From a candidate division FCPU426 bacterium (lineage in GTDB: Bacteria; Oederibacteriota; JAAXVQ01; JAUVAV01), in the NCBI GenBank assembly GCA_030637655.1, contig DAOWGI010000034.1:1-55170 (forward strand): a DNA stretch of 55,170 nt. The letters are read 5' to 3'. Below are positions 20,863 to 31,800 of the stretch, piece after piece. The position numbers and the translations under genes are program-made. The notes under the pieces were generated by a model, which made no database searches, was not told where the DNA came from, and saw nothing but the letters and a program-made list of their open reading frames with translations. The number at the start of each line of letters is the position of its first letter. The stretch's first letter is position 1.

Positions 20863-20936
20863 ACTCTAAAAGACATATCTAGGAGCTGTTGCGGAAAGAT
20901 TTTTTTTAGGCAATTATGTCATTCCCATCCCCGCTA

Positions 20937-22550
20937 TTATTTTAGCAGCACCACTTGACCTGTCATACGCTTTTCTGAAGATTTGATCTGATAAATATAC
21001 AATCCGCCTTCGCACAGCTGACCGGTCTCGCTCCGTCCATCCCATTCATTCTCATTCACCAATCTGCGAACCAATAGTCCGTTTATGTTCCAGATACTAA
21101 TGATATAGGTGCCGGCTCCATCGCAGTTGAAACCCGCCTTTTGACCCAAAGCTGGTAAAAACGGATTCGGGACCGCAGCACCCGGATACACAGAGGAAAA
21201 TATTTTAACCAATGATATCGGTGTACAGGTAGCCGTGCAAGTAATCGTAGCCGTGCAAGTAATCGTAGCCGTGCAAGTAATCGTAGCCGTGCAAGTAATC
21301 GTAGCCGTGCAAGTAATCGTAGGTGTGCAAGTAATCGTAGGTGTGCAAGTAATCGTAGGTGTGGGAGTAATCGTAGGTGTGCAAGTAATCGTAGGTGTGG
21401 GAGTAGTAACATAATGTTTTGTATAAATTTGAAAAGTGGGACCATTGGATTCCATCCAGGTTATATAGGGTGTCTGCTCCACTATATCTAAAGAAGGATA
21501 AACAGCATCATATCCTTCATCAATATTCAATTCCCCGCCCAATAATATCCAATCACTCCCATTCCATTTTTTGGCATAAATATGACAAATCGTACTGCTG
21601 TCAAATTCATGCCAGGTTACATAAGGTATTTGTCCGGCAACATATAGGCAAGGCATCATCGCAGCCTGGTTGCTGTCTATATTGAGACTTTTTCCCAATG
21701 AAGACCACGCACTACCATTCCATTGTTTGACGTAAATTTGATGATTCGAGTCATCATACTCATACCAAGATACATAGGGAGTATGATCAGAAATGAATAA
21801 GCTGGGAGAATATGCATTCTGAGTGAGTTTGGAATTCAGGGATCCGCCTAGGGAACTCCAAGTACTGCCGTTCCACTGTTTTACAAAGACACAAAAGTTT
21901 GGACTTAAAAATTCATGCCAAGCAACCACCAGCGTAGGATCATCAACATACAAATCAGGACTATATGCATTGTTTCCAGTATTAAGATTCAAACTTCCGC
22001 CTACCAACTCCCATTCGCTCCCATTCCATCGTTTAACATAGATTTGTTTGCTGGTACTACTGGTTTCTTGCCATGATACATAGGGAGTGAGGTTGGAAAT
22101 GTCCAAGCTGGAGCTTCGAGCATCTTCGGCAGAATCCTCATTCAAGCTTCCCCCCATTAATTCCCAGTCACTGCCATTCCATTTTTTGACATAGATTTGA
22201 TCAGCTATACCATTATCTTCTTGCCAGGAAACATAAGGCGTTGCATTTAACAAAGCCAGACTGGGCTCCTTAGCCGATTGACCGGTATTCACATTCAAAC
22301 TTTCGCCGATCAATTCCCAGTCACTGCCATTCCATTTTTTAACATAGATTTGAAATGTATAACTCGAATTGTTTTCATGCCAGACAACAAATGGTGTTTG
22401 ATTGCTGATTTTTATCTGTGGATTATAAGCAGGTTCGTTCGCATCCAGATTCAAACTCCACCCATCCTGAACCCATTCATTCCCCGCTGCTGCTATTGGT
22501 ATTAGAAGCAACGCGATGCCTAATATCGAAGTCTTCATTCGCTTCTGCAA
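20937..22550 (-). CDS. Secreted 7-repeat beta-propeller protein with Thr/Cys linker and FlgD-Ig-like C-terminal domain
   Basis: Signal peptide, then seven ~51-aa repeats (SLN...A..P.L...PYV.W.E...IYVK.WNGS.W), a (TPTITC/TATITC)n linker, and a PNPF...LVRRL...WDGR...GLYIYQI terminus. Confidence 0.85.
   Translation of the reverse strand: MQKRMKTSILGIALLLIPIAAAGNEWVQDGWSLNLDANEPAYNPQIKISNQTPFVVWHENNSSYTFQIYVKKWNGSDWELIGESLNVNTGQSAKEPSLALLNATPYVSWQEDNGIADQIYVKKWNGSDWELMGGSLNEDSAEDARSSSLDISNLTPYVSWQETSSTSKQIYVKRWNGSEWELVGGSLNLNTGNNAYSPDLYVDDPTLVVAWHEFLSPNFCVFVKQWNGSTWSSLGGSLNSKLTQNAYSPSLFISDHTPYVSWYEYDDSNHQIYVKQWNGSAWSSLGKSLNIDSNQAAMMPCLYVAGQIPYVTWHEFDSSTICHIYAKKWNGSDWILLGGELNIDEGYDAVYPSLDIVEQTPYITWMESNGPTFQIYTKHYVTTPTPTITCTPTITPTPTITCTPTITCTPTITCTATITCTATITCTATITCTATITCTATCTPISLVKIFSSVYPGAAVPNPFLPALGQKAGFNCDGAGTYIISIWNINGLLVRRLVNENEWDGRSETGQLCEGGLYIYQIKSSEKRMTGQVVLLK
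21229..21408. repeat. 18-bp coding tandem repeat, about 10 copies
   Basis: gtagccgtgcaagtaatc / gtaggtgtgcaagtaatc units encoding ITCTAT / ITCTPT. Confidence 0.95.
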
Positions 22551-22803
22551 TTGGCTTTTATCCCCTTCTTGGTGTAAAACGGTGCCTGGCTATGCACCAT
22601 TTGATTCATGGCTCACCCTGCAATATCCGGTTCAGGGTGGCACCAATTCATAAATCCTTTCACACCTCACTTGGACCAATTTCTCGCGTTCTGCTGCCAT
22701 TGTCAAATTAATTGTTGTGTGTTATGTAACAGGTCAGTGAAGTGCTGTGTTTTGTCAAATAACCCGGAAACATATGGTCTGCTAATTTTGCTGAATGAGC
22801 TCA

Positions 22804-25800
22804 CTATGGTTTGATAAGACCATTCTTGTCCGCAATACTATATTCCCAGTACTTAAGGCCCAATGGATAGATCTGATTATTTTCAACTGACATCACCCGG
22901 GGCAATCCGAATGAATCAGAAAGAACCATGTTTATGTTTCCTTTTGGAGTAATCACTACTGTTGGCTGATTAAGCCGCTTGGCCAATTCTATTGCCAATT
23001 GATCGCCAAAACTCTTGAAGGATACGCTTTTCAGACCAGTCTTACATGCTGCCAGGCGCAGAGTTCCGCCAGTCCAATGCAAGTCCTCCACCAGAATTCT
23101 CGCCAGAACTTCAGGGTTCACATTGCCCAGACCCTTCAAGCGCACCCATTGGGCCGCGCTTTGCCCGCTCGGCCACACTCCATGCGCGACCAGGGTTACT
23201 TCCTCCACTCCCCTCAAATTGGCCGCATGAATAGACTCCACTTTATATCCAGTCTTGGTTCCCATGGCCTGAGCGGACCTCATAACCAGCTGATCCGAAG
23301 GCTCGCCGTTTAAAATACGCGGTCCCTGATTCTGGGCTGCTGAAACAGTTTGCGATTGTACCTGAGGCTGGTGCGAAAGAGTGGTGTTTTCTAATTTATT
23401 TAATTGCCGCTGGGCTTCCAAGGCCCTGGCCTGGTATTCGCCTGTCTTTTGCAGCAACCGCTGTTTGGCAGGCCCGGCCGGCAAATTTTCAGCCTGAGAA
23501 CGCGTCAGTCGAACTTTTAATTCTAATTTCTGTATTTCGCTTTTAAGGGTCTGGATAGGAGAACCTTCCTCTCCCAAATCAGTCTGACCTTTGGTTTTTG
23601 ATTCCGGCTGATCCCGCAGACTTTTTCCATTTTCTTTAGACCCGGTCTCTTTAGGAGGACCTCGGGTAATCTTTGCATGATTGTGCTTGATTTTTGGCAG
23701 AGCATCTATTTGTGAAGGTCTCCTCTGCAACGGCTGGTTTTGAGGTAATATCCGTTCCTGGGGATTAACTGTCTTGGGCATGAATTTATCTTCCCAAATT
23801 TTATCAGCTATGGCTGGATCATGGATATCCGGCTTGGTATAATCAATCTTCAGGTCTTTGACTGATACGCCTTTTTCCTTGACTATTTCCGGGCTGTACT
23901 CGAAATCAAGGTACCCTGGTCTTTCCGGAACTCCACCATTGGCTTTGGAAATCGCATCCCCTTGGGCTGCTCCGATTGCCCTATGACGTCCTTCATGGAC
24001 AAAAACTTTGCCGGCTTCATTAACTCCAGCCAGAGTTTCGGTAGTATAATTCCGGCCAGACGTGGCCTCGCCCAGGGTCACGGCTTTATCCGCCTTGAAG
24101 CGGATGCGTAAATTATTTTCAGACGTCCGATAAACCACATAAGAATCAGCCTGCTTAACCATTTTACAATTCTCAGGGATCTCCAGGGAACTTTTCATTG
24201 CCTTGGTTAAATTCAGGTTGATTTGAGCCCCTGGCCCGTCACCTGCGAGCCGGCCATTGGGCATAGTCTCGCCTACCTTGTAGTTCACCGGATCAATACT
24301 TTTAATTCCTGCAAGCTTGCGACCCAATGAGAGCTCTGCAGGAGTAAAATTCGAATCGAATATGTCTATTTTTAATTGTTTGCCATGCCTGGGAACCAAA
24401 CGATAGAAGGTCTGGCCATTCTTGGTGACGATCTTCTCAGCAGCTGTGGTCGGATCTACTTTGAAATCAATATACTTCCCGACTTTCTTAGCCCCAGCTT
24501 CCCAGGCATACACACCTTCACCGTATTGAGCTTTGTGGCCTTTGGAAAGATTTAGTGCACCTTCATGCATCACACGAGCTGCACTGGCTTGGGGCATATC
24601 AGCTGTAATCGTATGCCTGAAGACCCGGTTACCGGCTGGTTCAATGGTCCGGCTGACAGCCTGGTTATATTGATCAGCTGCTGTGTTTTTAGCGCGAATC
24701 AAAGCCAATTGATACGGTGCTTTCCCAGTGCGTACATAGTCTTTGAATATATGGCGGACCATGGAAACTTGTTGTTTGTTCAATCCCAGATTACGGCCTT
24801 CTTTCATGATTTGAATATAGCTCTTACCCTTGGACAATTTCACCACATGCCGGGCAATGGATTTGACCTGAGCTTCAGTCAGATGTGCATATTTTTGCTT
24901 GATGGCGTCACGAATGAGCTCAACCCGGACTTTCTCTCTGGCCAAAGAGAATTCGCCCGCTTTCAAACCTGTGCCTTTTAATACCTGGGCTTGGGCTGTT
25001 TTGATCATACTCTTGGTCAGCGTCAAGGTTTTTAGACCGAGTTTGATCCGGACTCCAGGCTGCATTTTAGCAATGTTCATCTGGATGTCAGGCGGCAAGG
25101 ATCTGATCTTGATGCCATCCACAATTCCCTTAACACCTCTGGTAATACCCACCACAACCAATACTGCCAATCCTGTATCCGCCAAACCAGAAGCTGGATC
25201 ATTCATTAGATTCCCAGGAAGCTGGGTGAACATATGCACAAAGCCTTCACCCGTGGTTTTTAAATTCTTAAGTACTGTCCGGCCTGCTCCTTTGCCCCAT
25301 TGCTCCGAGGGTTGAGTAAGGCCTGTTAGAGTGGGGATAAAGAGTACAAACCCAGCCAAACCGCCGGTCAATGCAGTAGCAGCTCTTTCCTCCCAAGTGG
25401 CAATCTTTATAGGATCATGTGCATTAGCGATTTCAGTCCCCAGAATGTATTGATTCTTCAGCATTTCGCGTTCATGCTTATGGTACTCACCGCCCCAGGT
25501 ATCCACCCAGGCCCCCTCATTCTTTTCAGAAACAATTTCGGATCCCACACTACCAATGATGGCGTCTTGTAATCGTAATATAGAATACGAGGCAACCTTT
25601 AACCCACTGGCCAAGGCATCACCCGTATGATCTTTCACAGATCCCACTGGGTAAAAGGTCTCAGCTTTAGTATATGTGCTGTTAGGTCCACCTACTGGAA
25701 TTTGCTTGATGGCAGGCCAACTATTTCCCTGCATATCCTTTAAAGGTCCCAAAGATTCAAGCATCTGTTTCTCAAATCCCATGTCACCAGGATGGGCATA

Positions 25801-28800
25801 AACACCATCTTGTCCCATCAAAACCCTGCCATCTTGTTTAAGCATTTCTATTAGTCCGGCTGATTCTTCGGTAGGCAGCTCAAGAGTGTACTTTTCGCCA
25901 GACCGCGTTTCTACACGACCGCTATTAGTTTTTTCTGAAATAATGGTGGGTAATTTTTCAAAACCATATTGATCATACACGCCTTTGTCATTAATGATCA
26001 CAGCCGGATATTTGCCCTGGCCATCATAAACCCAGACCATGAGCGTTCCATCCTGGGACTTGGTCATAATTCCAGTGGGCAAGGTGAGATCAGCAATACT
26101 GCCGTTTTCATTAAAAATAATGCTGATGGACTTTTGGCATCCATTCTGCCGCAACCCCATTTCACCAAGCATAAGGGTTTCACCCTCATAAATTCCAAAC
26201 TGGATAAAATTCACAGCCACACTATTATCCTTAACCAGTAAGCTTAGATTCTCTACTTCTGCGATTGCATCTTTACCATGTAATTGTATGTTTCTATTGC
26301 CAGTAACAAAGTTACCGTGATATCGGCCATCTACTAAATCAGCTTTGCCATTTTTGTAGTCAATGGACAGATCTATGGTGATACCTTTCTTTAAAGTTAC
26401 TAGTAAATTGGCCAACATGGACAGTTCATGAATAACTGCCTTAAAACCTTCTCCCTTTATTTGTTTAACTTTAAATTCTCCATTTTTCCCTGCAGCAAGT
26501 TTAATCTCTTGTCCTCTTTGGTATATGGTTCCGCTTCCCCACTGCCAACCGTTTCGAGTATTTCTTAGCTGACCCACAAAGACTTTTATTTTTAGGGCCG
26601 GCAAGCCGGTCTTGCCTGTAATGGTCAAATGGCTGCCTTTTCCAAAAGCAACCTGATGATTTTTCATCATCTGGGATTGGTCTTCCTGAATCTCAGTGTT
26701 AATGACCATACCCACTTTGCCGCCAAAAAAAACATAGTCTCCATCTTGCTTTTGGTACATATGGGCTTGGGTAGCCGGCTCATATCCGGCCTTAGCGCTT
26801 CCCTTTTGCTGAGTCGCACCAGCAGTTGGTTCCCGGCTCAGCCAAACAGCTGCTTGAGCCACATTCAATTTTTCACGATCCTTTAAAATAACTTGGCCTT
26901 TTAATTGCCATCCACCACTGGCCAGGTTAGCTTCCAGGGCGAGCAATTTAAAATTCCTTTCCTTGCCATCCAAGAATACTTTTATGCCTGCCGGCTGCTG
27001 CATTTGTCCTTTGGCATTGAGATCAATCGTGATTTGTTGATCATCATATTGAATAGTGCCTTTTTGATTACCGGCTAATTTAAAGGACCCGCCTTTTTTC
27101 TCTAAAATCAGCCCTGAAGTCATTTCCTTGATTTGGACGCCTTCTGACAAGCTGCCCCAATTTACTCCCACAACAAACTCCTGACCTTCCGGACTGACTA
27201 TCATGTATACGTCTACACCGGATTCGCCCAATACTTCATAATTACCGACTTTTTGTTCGACGCGCACGCCCTCAATAAGAATGAATTGCTCTCCATCCCA
27301 TTCAAACAGCTGGGCTTTCCATAGTTTTCCATCTTCTGAAACTTGATTTTCCGCAAAACTCACTTGTTTTATGGTTCCAGGTGCAATCTCTTGAATGCTG
27401 CCGTCCTGATTAAGGGAGATTTTTCCTTTTAAGACACTACCATCATCCAGCTTATGTTCTTCAACCACACGCACATTTATAACCTCGTCTATTAATCCGG
27501 TAATTGCACTCCCTGCTTGGTTGGCTAATGCTGCAATCGATGCCAAACCTGTATTCAAGTATCCCGGCAGACTTCCATTACCTTGTTTGGATTGCGATTT
27601 CAAGTTGTATACCGCTTGATTTAAAACTTGGCTGGCAACAGTATGCTGGGTACCGGCAATCACTTGCTGGTTGGCATTGAGAACCACAACCTGGGTTTCT
27701 TTTTCATTCACCGTGGCCATGAGCGTGGAACCCCCAGGCAGTTTGCCGGTATCTAATTCAGTTGCGCATAAAAGCTCCCCAGCAAATTTAGAATCCGCGC
27801 CGGCCAGGAAGACTTCTGCTCCAATTGCTTTCATGCCATCCTCATCCTGCATTACCAGCCGGCCCTCGATCACCAGGTTCTCACCCTTATCTTCGCCCAG
27901 GCGCAGGACTTGGAGGTTTTTGTTGCCTGGCAATTGCATAAATATCTGAGAATCCTCCACCTCCAGCTTAAATCCCTGCGCCTCTGCGAATTTTTGCAGT
28001 TTGGCCTGCATTAGGTTTTCCTGCATCCTCACCAGTTTGGCGGTCAAGGCTGCCGGATCGCGCTTATCCATAACCGGCAGACTGGCCAGAATCTGTGTCT
28101 GCTCATCCTTTCCCAGGTCATTGAAATTCACTACTTGCACACCCGCAATATCCGGGCGGTCACGGAGGGCCGCCCCTGCATTTTCTGCAAACATAACCAG
28201 ACGTTGCTTGCCATTTTTCTTCTCATACACATACTCCAGTTGGCCGGTCTCCTTATTCATCGAGACTTCACGGCTGGCACCCATTTCCATTTGTGCCTGA
28301 TACACGACTCTGGACATCCCACCCGCTTGCAAGGCTTGGACCACTTGTTGGCCCACTCCTGAAAGTTGCGCCAGACCTTGTATATTCTGAATGCTGAATT
28401 GTCCGGCTGCCTTTTCTCCGTAGCTGCCATCGTTCATCTCAAAAATACGCCCCTTAGCCAGTACGCCTTCTTCCAGATTGTCGTATTCATAAGTCAGCAG
28501 CTGCATCTGACCATCATTAGTCCTATGCTCTGAAGCCAAAGCCAGGGCATTGCCTTGGTCATCCACTTTGAGATAGACCTGGCGGGTCATTTTGCCTACT
28601 GTGTCTTTTTCCGTATAAATTGCATCTGCTGATTTGATTTTTTCCAGGGCTGCTGAGTTTTGAATAATCTCTTCAGTCCGGCTCATGGCTTGTTGATATT
28701 CTTTGGAGTTTTTGGCTGCATACCTAAACGAGCCGACTTCCCGGTACTTGCCGTCAATATGACGGAAAATCTTGCCCGCTGCGACTAAGACCTTGCCGTC

Positions 28801-31800
28801 TTCACCAAAACGGAAATTGAAAGTACGAATTTCTTTTTGACCGCCGGCGCCCAGCATACCCGCAGCTACCAGTATGTCGTCTTTAAAGAACAAAGCCATT
28901 TCCTGACCATTGACCTCCGCATTAATCACTGCATCAAAATCAATGCCCTGCTTAGTCAAAAAATTGCCCATCTCATTGATCTCAGCTTTAGAGAGTGTGT
29001 CTAATTCTGATTTAGCTGTAATTAAGGATTCAATAATCGCGTTACGCTGGGCTGACGATAGTTTCTCTCTATTCTCTTTTTCACTGAAGAGCAAGGCACC
29101 ACCCTCGCCTGCTTGTGCCTCTCCCCGGGCAGTTATTCGCATATTGAGATTCCCTGAAGCAGAAGCCATTATGAGATTTTGGTTGTCTTGGTTGTCCAGG
29201 ACATTTGGAGTATTATCTGCGAAAACGTTTTGGAACAAATCATATCCATAAGCAAATATATCCATGGTTAAATCCATTACTGCTGAGGAATAATCCACCA
29301 CCGCCTCCAAAACAAATTGCTCAAAATACATCTGTCCCTCAGCTGCTTCTTCCATAGCCTCTTTCTGTTCCTTGATCTGTTGCTCAACCGGTTTGGCACC
29401 CTTGCCGGTTTTGTAAATAAAAATATTTATCTCATGATGTTTCTTGATATTCATAGACAAACCTTGTTTCAGCCCGGCGTTAAAAGCTTGACTGATTTGA
29501 TTCAATTGAGCGAGCGTTTGTCTTTGTTGCGCCATGGTGGATTGTGAGGTATTGACGTCTTTGACAATGGTGGACGTGATTTTCAAGGCTACTTGCATGA
29601 CCAAGGCGGCTGCCAATTGTCCGGTGAATCCCAATCCCATTTCTTCCAAGAGCGTGGCCAAAGCCATGGCCACCAGAGCTGATACAAAAATGCGGGTTAT
29701 ATCCTGCCAGGTTGGTAATTGAGTATTATTGCTTTCCCGGGGAGGTCCGGTAGCCGGATTGCTTTCCGTGAAAGCCACCATGCCAATGGATATGGCTGCC
29801 ACCAGCAAGAGTTGCCGGCCGTCTTTCACTCCGGAAGCCATGGCTGCGCCCACATTAATCGCTGTCACTAAGATCATTTTGGTGACCATGCCAATATTGC
29901 TTTGCATAAGAGCACCCGCTGCACCATACAGCAATCCTCTTAGTGCGGCTTCGCCATAATCCCCCTCATCACCCTTCAGAATCGCGGTTTGAATCAGCTG
30001 GTTGGTCACTGACAAGGCAATGGATGAGGCAACTTGAACTACTACTTGAAGAATGGCATTGGAAATATTAGCGGCTATTTCCCCAATCCCAAAACCTACG
30101 ATGGATACCCCTGCATTAAGCGCGGCCAGACCCAGACTTGTGCTAAAATCCATACCCGCAATATAGTTTTTCACCAAATTGCTGCCAAAATTTATCAAAA
30201 TGGCAAAGGGCTTAAAGATTGGGAATATGGTACCAATAACTGAGACCACGATTTCACCCAGCGTCATGGTCCAATAGAGAATTTCGCCGAACACGGTCAT
30301 GCCCACGCCTTCAGGCTGGGTGGAAACATGCGTAATATCCGACTTATCTTTAGTGCCTTCAGCATCCATATTGCCGTAGGCATCATAAGCATATTCAGTC
30401 AAGCCATGGCTGGGATGGGTCCACTGGTTGGAGTCACGATTCATGGCTCTGTATTGGTTTTGCGAATGATTTGCAAAGGTTAGTCCTGCCGAATTCTCCA
30501 GCGTCCAGGTTGACATCCAATCCAGCGTGGTCTGCCAATCATAATTGTACCACTGCGCATTGTCGTGTTTAGGCAGGCTCATCACCACCGTAGTATAGGT
30601 CCAAGCATCTCTACGGCTGCCATTTCTGTGATAAGTAATATTCTGGCTTAATTCCATACCCTCAGTACGGTTGCCATCATCGCGGCGGTATTCAGTTAGA
30701 ACATTGGTGGGTTGTCCCAATTGATTAAAACTTGAGGTTGAAGTATAGGTTATGGTGCCTACTATAGTTATGACATCCTCAGGCTCACCCATAGAACTGC
30801 TGGTTTCCCACCACAAAAAGTGCGTGGGATCCAGCCATTGAAATTCGTATTTGGCAAGCTGACTGGAAAAAGACCTCGATTCCAGTTCACGCCCATACTG
30901 GTCATACACAATGTCAGTCTGAATATAACCCAGGTTGATATCGGGATTGTTGCCAAGATCAGAGTGAATCCCGGTTTCGTGCGTGGCCCGGACAGCTTGG
31001 GTTTCAATAAGATCGCTATCTCCCACATATTCTTTCTCGGTAGTCACATAAGCTATGGCATTTCTCCAGCCGGAGTCCAAGCCAGGCAGATTTCCGCCGC
31101 CGGCCTGGTTCCACTTGCGTTGTTCTTCCATCCTTACCACTCGGCCTAATTCGTCATACTTGATATTGTCAACTTGATACCAAACTGTCACAAATTCAGC
31201 ATAGTTGCTGAAGATAGCCAGCAAGCGGTTGGATACAGCTGTAGTTAAATCAGCTGCACTGGGATCAAAAACATGTTTCAGCATATCGCCAAAAGTTATG
31301 ACGCCTAAATTCAAGGTATTGGTTGAATCTTGAAAACCGGATAAAGTGCTGCCAAAAACCTGACTGAAAATGACGCGCATATCTGACTCATCAGGCTGCT
31401 GAAAGATAAGCTTTTGAATCAAAGTGCCAAAACTGATCATAACCGGCGACACTTCATCCTCAGTCGCATAATCCGTATTGGCCAAATGCAGGTCATAAAT
31501 TTCTTGGAGGGTTAAATCTAGAAGATTGTTACCCAGACTATCCAGAAACGTATCACCAGCCAGCAGGCCGGCAGCTAAATTTTGCGCGGCGGCCTCGTCC
31601 AGGGCTGCCGGTTTACCGGGAAAATTCAAAAAGGCTTGCTTTAAGATTTCCGTGAGCACATCTTGCAAAGTAAGGTTTAAGAGTATGCGACCGCCTGTGC
31701 CGACTGTATCGCGCACCTCGGCGTCAATGGAAGCCAAGCCGGTAATGGTGAGTGTGAAGATATCCAGGACCTGCTCGTCCGCAACCACTGCGGTTTCATA

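Noticed and set aside
30815-30850. WLDPTH as an Rhs DPxG autocleavage site
   Set aside because: It lacks the Gly and the upstream PxxxxD context, and YD-like units continue after it.
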